Shown: piece by piece, positions 13,800-24,824 of the stretch
How positions within the stretch are numbered: the stretch's first letter is position 1
How the letters are laid out: the number at the start of each line of letters is the position of its first letter
Assembly: GCA_013239625.1 (NCBI GenBank)
Contig: MU053304.1
Span: 1,302,001 to 1,366,000, forward strand
Direction of reading: 5' to 3'
DNA: 64,000 nt
From: Lama guanicoe
Taxonomy: Eukaryota
Notes under the pieces: model-generated
Seen by the model: only the letters and a program-made list of their open reading frames with translations
Told to the model about the DNA's origin: nothing
Databases searched by the model: none
Position numbers and translations under genes: made by a program

Positions 13800-14525
13800 G
13801 GAGAGGATGTTTAAGGACATAGAGATGATGGAAGGCTTTTCTGAGGAGGAGATGCTTGAGCTGAGGGGAAAGGCATTTTATGTAGTGTCAACAGCAAGTG
13901 CAAAGGTTCTGGGGCAGAAACTTAGTTTGTTCAAGAAGGCCAGAGTAGTGTGTGAGGGAAAAATGCTAAGAGATAAGATGTAAGAGGTGATCAGAAGCAG
14001 CTTATGTAATGCTTTGTAGGCATGGTAAGAAGTTTAGACTTTTTTCTAGGTTCAGCTGGAAACCATTGAGAAAGGTATAAGCAGTTGGGTGGTAGATTGG
14101 AGAATGAATTATAGGTGGACAAGAATAGAAGAAAGACTGGTTAAGAGGCTTCTGCAGTATTCTGTATGCATGATAATGGGGCTTGAACTGGGGTAGTGGC
14201 AGGGGAGGATAAAGAACAGACAAATTTGATATATAATTTTGAAACGATGAATGAAATCAGGGGTTAGAAAAAAGGGAGGAATCAAACACGTTTTCTACGT
14301 TTTTGGCAAGCAATTGAGTAGACATAGTGCCATTTACTGAGATAAGATGACTGATGGTGGATGACAGGTTTGGGAGTGAAATAAACAAGTCTGTTTCATC
14401 ACATGTCAAATTTGAGGCATCAAGTAGAAGTTTGGAGAGTAAGAAGTTGAACTTATGACATGGCAGTTCAAGAGAGAGATCAGAGGAGAAGAAATATAAT
14501 TGGCAGTCATTAACATATTGATGGA
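13800..14525 (-). mobile_element. L2 LINE fragment
   Basis: gcatggtaagaagtttagacttttt...gagaccggtt-like...gccatttactgagat; boundaries approximate. Confidence 0.65.
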
Positions 14526-17500
14526 TGGACAGCTACCAGACTGGAAGAAATCCCTGGTGCACTTCAACATGTAGATGTCCGTAAGCCTAGAAGGGACCAC
14601 CAACAACAACAGTACCATCACTATCAACATTGTCACCAGCATCACCAACGAATGACCAGGATGGAGCTATTAGCAAGTAGGAGATTATGATACTCCAGAA
14701 GATAAGAGAGGAGAGTGCACCCATCCACATGTCCTGAAGGGGAACCAAGTTCTCCCAGCTTACTCACCTGATCATGGTGATGCCAAGGCCTGCCAGGTGT
14801 TAGGAGGCAAGAGGCAGCCATCAACCTCCCAGCCAGAAAGATCATGATCAGGTGATCACCGCAGGCCACCCTCTGACAAGCCACACCAGCTCCATCCTCT
14901 TGACTGGAGAAACTAGCTTGTTAGGAACAGATCCCTTCAGGTCTACAGCCCAGGCTCCAGGAAAAGACCCCTGCCTCCCCATCCACACTGCTCTCCACAC
15001 CTTCTGTCTACCCCTGTCTCCCCCATGAGGTCAGCAGGGCCACTCATCTGTGGTCACTCTGTACAGTTCTTCTGGAGTATGCGGACTAGAGGCAGCCTCA
15101 CCCTCACAATGAGATCTACAAAGAATCCTCATTAGCCAACAACATTGATTACTACATCAACATCTGTGACAAAGAACTAACAACAAAAATTACCAACCTT
15201 CTAATTTGTAGTTTCCTGACATTTCTTTATCCCTTCCTTTATTTTAATGTCTTTTTTTTTTGGCTTTAAGTATATATTTTATACAATCATATATTTGGAT
15301 AAAACTTTTCACAAACTGATAGAATTAATTTAGTCATTTAAATTACTCTTCCAACACCTTTTGGATGCATAAATATGCAGAGGCTTAACAGTTTCTAATG
15401 TAGAGTCTCTCCCTCCTGCCATGCAGCAGGAGGATGGAATTCCTGTGATGCTAGCACCTTCAACTTGGGGAAAGGACAGCTGGAGGAGGAGATAACTCTA
15501 TAAGCATTTGGGCATGACACTGGTCTAACCTTGTATAATCAGTCTTTCTCTGTTCCAACATGGTGGAAAAATATGGAGGTTCCCACCTTGCTATTTAGAA
15601 CTGAAAGTTGCTAGATTGTGGGGCTGTGTCTACAAACACATGTGTCACTGGGAACCAGTGTTGTGACCATATCCTGAGCTGTGTTGCAAATGAGACCCTT
15701 GACTCTTTGCCTCTGGGTGAAACTTAGAGCTTAAGAAAAAGGGAAGCTCTGGGTTCACTGCCTTATTCTGTGAAAGCAGGAGTCACTGTGAATTGTCCTG
15801 CCATGTTCTATAGGATGAACTATTGTATAAGATAGTTTTTTTAAAAAAGAGACATCACAAGCACCCTCACCTAAATACTGAATAAATCATTCACATTATG
15901 TATTTAGGTGAAGGCAAGAAAGGAAACTGGAAAATAAAAAGATAAAAGATCTGAAGCTGATTCAGATTTAAGCAATAAGATGGGAGGCTATAGTAGAAAA
16001 ATCCGTATACATCTTATTTTACTGTTTCTAGGTAAAATGTTTTTCAGGCCCTTTTCTGTTTCTGCCAGCAAAATTGAACCCTATAAGCCTCTGTTTCTTA
16101 TAGGGTTAACTAATCAAATTCCAGAGGCCAGATTTTTAAAATGTAAATCTTCATAACTAACAAGAAATTATTGAAAGAGAGGGAGGAAAAGTCCCCTTAA
16201 GCCATAGCTGGAGGAAGAGAGAGAGCATTCTATATCGTAAAACTAACATAAAGAATCCAATTTGATAGTATTAAATTGAGAAATTTCATAAAAAGATCAA
16301 TCTTATGGAGACATGTTCCGTTCTCTGTGATAAAGTTGTTCTGTTCTCTGTAACATAAATTTGTCCTTGGAAGAGTTATTTGAAGGAGTCTTGTAATACT
16401 GCCCCAAGTTAGAAATCATTGCTCTTTCTTATGAAGCCAATTTCCTAAGAAACTTAACTCCAATTGATTGTCTTGATAATTTGGGGTCCTGGCCATAGTA
16501 TTTTAAGTGACATATGGATCCTTAAACTATATAAATGCTTGTACAACTTTATATTGAATCAGAAAAAGATCCTTAGGCTTCTGATTTCCTCATGTGCAAA
16601 TAGGTAACACAATGACCATAGATTTCCTATTTAAATAAAGATTTTCAGAATTTTGTCTCATTTAAATTAATTCTAGCTATTCTGTAATGGGAAAAAAGAT
16701 ATTCATAGAAACAAACATATAATTTTTTTTAAAGCATAGGAAAATTCTTGAGGAATCTTCTTGAGTTGATTCTAAAGTTCAGTCCCAGTGCTACTTCTGA
16801 GCTCACTTTTCCCTTCCGCAGCCCCTCCGATTATAAAAGGAAAACTGATATATAGACAAGTAACGGCACTGTGTGATCAAGGCGGCGATTGAAATCATGA
16901 TATAATAGTGTAGGGAATATTTTAAAAATTCCAATTTCACATATACACGAAGAGACAAAACTCACAGGGTTATGGAGGTAAATGTTTAAAATGTTCAGGT
17001 ACTTCAAACATTTTAGAGTCAAATATAGAACAATACTTTTAAAATCTTCAGCTAGAAATGGCTATCATAAATATGATAGGAAACCAAAGAACTAGAGAGA
17101 AAAAAAGCTGACAAATTTGACTACCTAAAAATTTATAACTTCTCTAGGACAAAATATTCCATTATAAAACCTAAAAGAAAAATAACAAATGGGACAACAT
17201 ATTAGGAACATATAAGGCCAAGATTTAATGTCCATATATCACATAAGGATTTCTATATTCATTCAGCATAGTAAGAAAAAGACAAACACCACAATAGGAA
17301 GCATTGACCCAGCATTCTATGACAAAGAATTCTATGAAGAAGAAAAACAAATGACCAATCAATTGAAAACTACTCAACCACACTAAAAAAAGATACTTAA
17401 AAAAAAACTTTTTGTAGCTTAATTTAAAATGTCAAATATTTTTATTTTTCAGGCATCATATATTAATTTTAAATAGCAAGAAAAGGGAAAGTAAGCATAG

Positions 17501-17772
17501 AATTACCCTATTTAGAAAAATAAAACTACATTACAAAATCTGTTAATACATACATAAAAAATTCTAGAAAGATATATACCAATGTTTTTAAGACATATAT
17601 TTTTTAAAATCAGAGTAAAAAAACAATGTGAAGATATAATCATTCTGAAAAAAATAGTTACTTTAAAAGGCACTAATTTTTTGTCTTATTAAAGGTATAG
17701 CAGACAATAGTAAACTTTAACATTAAAATTGTTTGTAACATAAAAATCAAGTAAATTCTTATGCAGTCTTAC

Positions 17773-17826
17773 TTCTTGTCCCACTGTCTTTTCCCAAAGT
17801 AGAATTGCTTCTTGTATCCATGGTAT
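17773..17826 (-). CDS. SP100: SP100 exon: NTMDTRSNSTLGKDSGTR
   Basis: gttactttctag|AT ... GAA|gtaaga, 54 nt; matches human DTMDVENNSTLEKHSGKR. Confidence 0.92.
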
Positions 17827-18705
17827 CTAGAAAGTAACAGGTGGTGATCAGAAACTAAAATTTTTGAAACTGTAAAAACATTAAAAATTGTAAAAACTTT
17901 GAAAAATCTCTTCATTACCCTTGTGCATCAGTTTCCTCATTTATGAAACAGGGATAGCAAAAGTTATCCTGCTCAGGCTTTAAGCTTTAAAATTAAGATT
18001 GAATAAGGTCCTGTTTGCAAAAGCTAATGAGAAATCACTATATAAATCAATAACATGCTGCAGGGCATCCTTCAAAACTGTATGCTGAGTTTAATAATAG
18101 TTAGTTACCTGAGGTCTTTTTTCCTGACAGGTAGAAGGACCACTTATTTGTCTTTTGATGCCTTTACAAGGTTATGACAAAGTTATACTATTATCTACCA
18201 GCAGAAGAACACATGGATATCTTTGCTCCATGGACAAGGGTGGATGTCACTATATAAATCCAGCAGTTTGTTATTGATACGCTAACACAGTAAACGAGCT
18301 ACTGCCATTTTTACCAGTGTATTTCAACTACGTCATCCGTGTATAATCAACAGTACCCATTCTGCTAGACACGACTTCATAATAATCTCTTGCTTCCTTG
18401 CAGTTCCCCGAAGGATCAGGCCAAGCGAATGCTGAGAACAATGCAAAGAACAGGATTCTGATGTGGACTGGACGCATTCTTTGTCAAAGTGTGTTCAGAG
18501 TCAAGTGCAACAGGAATGGGAGCTCTGATTTCAGACTCCTGACAACTTGCAGCTCTGGCCCTGTGACCCTCGCCCTCCATAACTGGCCACTCCCTGTTGT
18601 GAGCTGCTTGATGTTCTCTTTGAACCCTGATCACCCACCACAGCTCCCCCAGGCTCTGTGGTGTCTGCTGAACCACCTCTGCCCTAAGTCCTTGGGTGGC
18701 CTTAC

Positions 18706-18810
18706 TCATCATGTGAGATGCTTGACTTCCTTCAGTCCCTGCTTCTTGGCCTCTTGGCACACTTTTTGAAAAGCACATGATGCAGGAACACTTCTCAAGT
18801 CCTTGGAGCT
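18706..18810 (-). CDS. SP100: SP100 long-isoform exon: ELQGLEKCSCIMCFSKSVPRGQEAGTEGSQASHMM (5' boundary uncertain, 18810 or 18813)
   Basis: Donor TGA|gtaagg; matches human KKCSCVMCFPKGVPRSQEARTESSQASDMM; acceptor context ataagagcag has three AGs. Confidence 0.85.
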
Positions 18811-19869
18811 CTGCTCTTATCATGATTCATAAGTAATTTTCATTTTCACCCCCTCCCTTCAGACCATCCACCTTTCCCTGACTCCTACATCACAGGATGG
18901 CACTACCTATGAAGTCTCTCTCTTTTTTATTGTTTCTCACTGTCCTTGTCCCTTCCTTTTAGTCTGCTTCTTCTCTTTTTCCTTTTTCTCTTTGCCAAAA
19001 GTCCCTATGTTTGTTTTTCTATTTTTTCTTTATATGCTTCTTCAATCCATTCATTGATGACATTTTTACCTATTTGTTTACTTTTATGTGATACTATTCT
19101 TTTCCAGAAATACTGTTTATTACATTTATGTGTATATATGTATATAGATCAATTAATAAAATACTTTAAATAAATATTCTCATATAAATACTATAATAAA
19201 CTAATTGTTTCCAGACAAATTTCCAAATGTTGGGATACAGAAAGTGGACTTTTTTTCCTATTCACTCAACAAGTTCGCAAAGTTTCCCTCACGTACCACA
19301 TTTAGCTTCATCTCTCAGTTTACCACTTTCCTTGTCACCACTGCCTGCTCTTTCAACCTTGACCACACTATTGGCCACTATTACATTTGCCAGTTCCCTA
19401 TGAGCTTTCTACATCGCAGGCCTGTTATGGACTTTATTACCATGTTTCTGGTAAACTTCTGAGAGGTAACTTGAAAGTTACCCATCTTCCTCTTCAAAAC
19501 TTCCCAATCTGGCGATATTTGGATTTCATGTCCACTTAGAAAACCCTGAAATTTACTCAGATGTCTTTTAATTCGAAGAAACTTACTCAAATATCTTTCC
19601 AGCCTAACTTTTCCATTCTTTCTCCTTACATTATCCACTTAGTGTCACCTCTCTCCATCCAGAAGCCCAGTTCTTTTTCCTCTTTTGGCTCCTTCAAACC
19701 TGTCGAAAGCAGCTTAAATCTGTGCATACGTCTGTCTGTATATATGAGCATCTGTATTTGTGTGTGCATGTGCGGCAATGTTTTGGGGGACAGGTAGGTA
19801 AAGAAGGAAGAACTTTTCCTCTGTGCAGACAGGAAAAGCAAGATAATTGATAGTTAGTATCATAATTGG

Positions 19870-19952
19870 CTTCTCCATCACATGCTAAGAGGCTGGCAGC
19901 TCTTCTGACTCTCTTCCCCTATTCATTTTAAGACCTCTGACTCCACAGGACA
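19870..19952 (-). pseudogene. Dead 84-nt-class pseudoexon (VSCGVRGLKMNRGRESEELP/SLLACDGE)
   Basis: Paralog of exon 28600-28683 including flanks; strong acceptor ttcttttcag; 83 nt (1-nt deletion gives TAG); donor ccaatt instead of gtaatt. Confidence 0.8.
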
Positions 19953-20660
19953 CTGAAAAGAAATAAGGAAATGACAGACTATCGATGATAACACTTTGAT
20001 GTGGTCATGCTGATCTGTGTTCATAGTTCAGATGGGCTCAGGAAAAATACACCTGCTCCAACAACTACACCTCATATTCAACAGAAGTTTGCTCTGTCTC
20101 CTATGTAGCCACACCTCATCCTCCTCCTTTTCCTCAAATTTCAATCATTGCCTTGCCTAACACATTTTTTTTTATTTCCATCGCTTTCATTCTAAGAGCT
20201 TCTCTGTCCCTGATTTCTCTTCTGTGTCTTATATTAATATCCACACCAATATTGGTGGCTATACATCCACCAATATATATACATTTCTATACACATCTGT
20301 ATTTACTATTGTTGTTAAATAAGTTTTCTTGCATCAAGCATTGATACATTCCCCTGTGAATGCGCCAGTCCCCTCACATCTCCTCTTTGGCTTCTGATCA
20401 TGTACTCAGCTCTTATCTTCCTGCCTGTTACATAAAATCCTCACCCCTTTTTACCCTTATACATTTATACATTCATTTCCTCATCACAGAATGAGGAAGC
20501 AAGAGTTAGCCTGCCTAAGTCTTAAAGATATTGTGATGACAAAGTAAGATCTTATTTGCCAAAGGACTTTAAAAGTATCATGGTACAGTCCAATTACAAT
20601 GTAATGAATATCTGTCAAAAACTATACGAAAGTTTGAGAATCACTGATCTGAACAAAGCT

Positions 20661-20666
20661 TTTATT
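20661..20666 (-). terminator. SP100: Candidate polyadenylation signal (AATAAA) for the short Sp100A-type isoform
   Basis: tttatt on + strand, about 390 nt downstream of the GKED* stop on the minus strand. Confidence 0.5.
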
Positions 20667-21068
20667 TCTGTCTGTAATTGCACAGCAGGACCAGTTGTCT
20701 TTCGAGGCTTTTACAATTACAGATGACATTAGTGTCAGCCAGTATATCACTGGAGAAATCTAGGATCTTAGTGTTAGGAGGCATGACAGTAAGCGTTTTA
20801 AAAGGTACCATCATTTTGGTAATTATTTCTACTACAATAGGAATATAAAATTACATACATTTAGTAAGCAAGACTCATTCCTTTAAACATGAATTTATAA
20901 TACATTCTTGCCTCCTTCCATTATCTAAAATCCAGAAAGTACTTCCCAGGATTAACGGGATACAAATTAGTCAAGGTGTTCAGAATAAAATGCATCTGGA
21001 AGCAGTAGTTTTTAATTCAGACTCCTGACATTGCGCAGGCCAAGGCTTGGCATCCTAATCTTCTTTAC

Positions 21069-21149
21069 CTGACCCATTTCTTAGGACTGAGCTAGACGCT
21101 TCCCGAGGCTCTTCGTTATTCAATTCTGAAGTGTCAACACCGCTGAAAC
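21069..21149 (-). CDS. SP100: SP100 exon: RFSGVDTSELNNEEPREASSSVLRNGS (read-through to stop at 21055-21057 gives the Sp100A end GKED*)
   Basis: ttctttctgcag|GT ... CAG|gtaaag, 81 nt; intron read-through GGT AAA GAA GAT TAG. Confidence 0.92.
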
Positions 21150-21249
21150 CTGCAGAAAGAAATAAAATTCCTTTACAATCTCAGTCTGTGTCCTAGGATC
21201 AGTCCAGCATGGGATTCTTTAAAAGGAAATTTGGAAAAGGGAAGCTCAT

Positions 21250-21640
21250 GTAGGTAGGGTGCGGATATCTCTACTACCAAGCCACCCTATGGTTCCATCT
21301 GACCTGTTGGTCAAAACAGGAACTACCTTCAAGGGAGGGACTGGGCAAAATTTTGCCATGGAAGGCACACCCTTTGGTCACTATTTCTTACATTTCTTAC
21401 TCTTTCCTCTTGTCTGCATGTATTTCTGCTTCCACTCTGTTTCTTACCCAGGAGGATCATGGAAGTAACATTTTCAAGATGTCAGAACCTCCATCAACTG
21501 GATCCTCAGTGAGCACCCCTCCACCCTTGGAACTACTCTATCCTTTTATGTGAATGAAGAATAAACTTGTATTGCACTGTGACATTGAACTTCTTGAGGT
21601 CTACATATGACATCAATTAGCCCAGCTCACCTAATTCAAA
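21250..21640. mobile_element. Old ERVL/MaLR-type LTR fragment
   Basis: LTR-like 3' part atgtgaatgaagaataaacttgtattg...tgacatcaattagcccagc; subfamily not determined. Confidence 0.5.
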
Positions 21641-21771
21641 ATGTATAATGTGAATCATCTGAAATACCGACGAGTTTATTGTTTTATTTTAAAGAATAAA
21701 ACCAAAAATTGAGTGAAGCTTTTGTAGACAAGAAAAACATTTGTTGCATCAAGAGTTTTAATTGTTCTTAC

Positions 21772-21825
21772 GTCTTTTCCTATTGCTTATTCCATAAATA
21801 AATGTATTTTCAAAATCCGAAGAAT
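21772..21825 (-). CDS. SP100: SP100 exon with NLS start: DSSDFENTFIYGISNRKR
   Basis: ctttccttcctag|AT ... GAC|gtaaga, 54 nt; forms SNRKRRFS across the junction (human PSRKRRFS). Confidence 0.88.
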
Positions 21826-22021
21826 CTAGGAAGGAAAGGAAAATACAACCAGTAATCTATAAAAGAGTTGTAAATCTTATGATTACTCACATTGTAGACA
21901 GGACTAGGACTATAAAGACACAATGATAAAAAAAATACAATGATGTTCATTTCTGTCTCTTTCTCTTATCTGCATGTATTTCTGCTTCCACTCTGTTTCT
22001 TACCCGGGAGGCAGACCTTAC

Positions 22022-22096
22022 CCTCATCATCAGGATCACATCCCAGTGCTGAGCTATAGGCTCCCAAGGTCGCCTCGTCCGCTGAAGAGTCAATCA
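22022..22096 (-). CDS. SP100: SP100 exon: VIDSSADEATLGAYSSALGCDPDDE
   Basis: ctccattctgcag|TG ... AGG|gtaagg, 75 nt in frame; resembles human SESSEEEAPAEASSGALRSKHG. Confidence 0.85.
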
Positions 22097-22933
22097 CTGC
22101 AGAATGGAGAAAATGTGCCTTAAAGTTCTCAGTGCATGACAAAGGAACCAAGAAAGGAAAAACCGGTTTACCTTTAGGTGTGGTAAACATAAAAAGATAC
22201 CTTATTTGCGAAGGTATTTTTGAATATCACTCTACAGCCTGATGTTATGTTGGGGGTGATGCTGGGTTGCTGCCCAGCTCCGCCTTTTACCTTCCATGGG
22301 AATTTGTAACAGATCCTTAACACATTACCAGCTCCAGTTTCCTCATCTATAAGCTGGGATAACCTGGTTACCCTATCTATCTCCCTGTCAAGGTTTTTGT
22401 AAGAACAAAATGCAGGCTATTTACAAAAACCCTGTGAGAAATTGCAGTGTAAGCCAATGGTTTAGCTACAATTGGGGTTTGAGAGTACTTGTGTGTGAAG
22501 CCATTTTTTCCATCTATAATTCAATAGCAACTCAAATTATTCCATGAGGACTTTCTAAGCTGGGGACTAATGACAACATTAACAACAGACAGAGGAATAC
22601 GCGTTTGCTAGGCTTTAGAGAATTAAAAACATGCTAGAGAATAAGCGCACTATTTCCATTCTTTAGCTTAATAGATAGGATAGTGTGTAGTAAAAAAAAA
22701 AGTATCATTTTACTAGGGCTCATTCAGTTAAACAACCATTTATATATAATGCCTTCTTCCCTCTTTCCATTTCCCAACAGGGCCAGAGAAGTTAAATGGG
22801 GAAAATGGTACCCTAGAAGTAATCAAATCAAGGCATGTGGAGAATGCTCAGAATAAGATTCATCAGGAAAACAGAGCTCGGGATTTAGACTGTAAGTATT
22901 TGTCATCCAGGAGTGCAATCCTTATCTTCTTAT

Positions 22934-23018
22934 GTGAGTGACTTGGGGTTGTGACAGGTGGCTTCTTGGGCCTCTCTTCCCTCACTTGATTCTAAGGAGT
23001 CAAGGTTAGTACTGGTCA
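22934..23018 (-). pseudogene. SP100: Inactivated ortholog of the human VINNDNPLES... exon: VTSTNLDSLESSEGREAQEATC
   Basis: Good acceptor ctttgtgcag; donor position reads ataaga (GT>AT); 85 nt, frameshifted after TC. Confidence 0.75.
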
Positions 23019-23629
23019 CTGCACAAAGGAATAGGATTCTTGAGGTGCCTGGGTGTGTGACCAAGGAACCCATTCATCAGGAAGATCCCTAGTAAGAAAA
23101 CTTGGAAAGTCTTGAAAACTCATGCAAAGCATGGTCGGCACCCTGGCTAGCCTGGTCTGCCTTGTAGGTTAGTGGTGCTCCATTCTCTGCCCCCAGAGCA
23201 GAGACAATTCAACTGCAAGGGGCAGCTTTGCTCTGTTTGAAACTTACCATCCTACTACCCTTCTCTCTCTTCTGCTTCTTATTCCTTCTATGGTCTTTCC
23301 ACACCTCCTTTATCGCTGTTTCCAGTGTGGGGAGACCTTGGAAACCTTGTGATCAAGACTGTGAGCACCCATCCTCCCCGCCAACTTGGTGCCCCCTTCA
23401 ACCGTTTGCAAGGCTGAGAAATAATCTTCTCACGTGTCTGAGCCACAAATGTGTTTGGGGACAATCTTCTACTAGTACTAAGACAAAAGTGGAAAGTGGA
23501 CTCCCTTAAAACTGAAGCCAATTTACACTTGATTCTGATAGATCTAGAGAGCAATTGCATTGACTGTATTATTTAAAATATTACTCTTCTGTAGCATCAA
23601 GATCAGGTAACATTTTTATTTGTTCTTAG

Positions 23630-23682
23630 GACTTTTCCTAGTGTGTTTCTCTAAATAGGCATGTTTCTAATATTGTCTGGGT
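23630..23682 (-). pseudogene. Dead 54-nt-class pseudoexon (DPDNIRNMPI*)
   Basis: tactttctag acceptor identical to that of exon 17773-17826; in-frame TAG; ctaaga where gtaaga is expected; flank gcatcaaga..ttgttctta shared with exon 21772. Confidence 0.7.
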
Positions 23683-24167
23683 CTAGAAAGTAGAAAGGGA
23701 AAAAAAAATCACCAATTTATCCTAAAGAGCTACAGATCTTATGACAACTCAGGATACCCATAAGATTGAGGAAACAACATTTTGATAATCATTTCAAGCT
23801 CCAGTTTAAAAAAACAATGCAGAATCCAGGACACTAGGCTTGTTATTCCCTGTAGTTGCCCATGAGACTTTGTAGAAGACCTTGAAACATTTATGTGATG
23901 GTGTTTCTCATCTAGAAACAAAGGTAGAAATGTCTACCCTGCTTACTCTTTAAGGTTGTTGTAAGATATTGATTATAAAGGTCCCTTGAAAAACCACTGT
24001 ATATGTCATGACTTGTTGAATAATTCTGTCAGAAACAGTACTTTGGGTTTCAGAATACCTTATCAGAAGTTTTTATTTCTGCTAACACTAGATAGCTAGG
24101 TGAGGTATCTTATGACATGATTCAAGTTTGTGATCAGATGACAATACGACCTTCCAATGAAAGAATA

Positions 24168-24384
24168 CAGCCCACCCTTGAACAATATGGGCTTGAACTG
24201 CGCAGGTCCGCTTGAACTTAGATTTTTTTCAGTAATAAATACTATAGCACTAAATGATCCACAATTGGTTAAAACTGTGGATACAGACCTGCGTGTCTGG
24301 AGGGATGACTATAATTTACGAGCTGATTTTCAACTGCGCTGAGCATTGGTGCCCTTAACCTGTGCATTGTCCAAGGGTCAACTG
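24168..24384. mobile_element. MER8/Tigger2-derived MITE
   Basis: ta|cagcccacccttgaacaa ... ttgtccaagggtcaactg|ta TIRs with TA TSD. Confidence 0.8.
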
Positions 24385-24743
24385 TATTTAGCTTCCTGTT
24401 CCCTACAGAGATCACTATATAAATCCAACACCCTACAGGCACAGCAACTAGTAGTTTGAAATACACTCATTACTTGGCTGGCCTATTTCTACTATACAAT
24501 CAATACAGGGCATACACATATTGATTAATGGGACCCATACATTAATAGACCTCATTCTCAGATTGAGATACGGATGTCTTATCTCTTTGCATTTCCCTCA
24601 AAAGTTCAGTAAAACAAATACGAAGAATGGGATTCCAGGATATCCTGGCCATGGTACAGAAGGGGCTCAGAATACGATGCTCAGGGAACAGCAGCTCTAG
24701 TTCAGATTCCTACAGCCCAGGCCTTGCTCTCCCTGTTCCTTAC

Positions 24744-24824
24744 CAGGAATCGCCTGTGCTGATGTGGAGGCTTCTGGGGTCTCATCTTCATCACTGGATT
24801 CTGCAGAGTCCTCACTGCTGATTA
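24744..24824 (-). CDS. SP100: SP100 exon completing the SUMO-interacting motif: VISSEDSAESSDEDETPEASTSAQAIP
   Basis: ctcttctgtgcag|TA ... CTG|gtaagg, 81 nt; IIVISSEDS is formed across the junction. Confidence 0.93.

Noticed and set aside
16023..16061. 39-nt open GT-AG segment (KTEKGLKNILPRN)
   Set aside because: Weak donor, no similarity to the expected exon, and its flank resembles intronic sequence near 4670-4740; not called as CDS
19482..19546. ttcag|...|gtaact exon-like segment
   Set aside because: 64 nt with a stop in the SP100 phase and no family similarity
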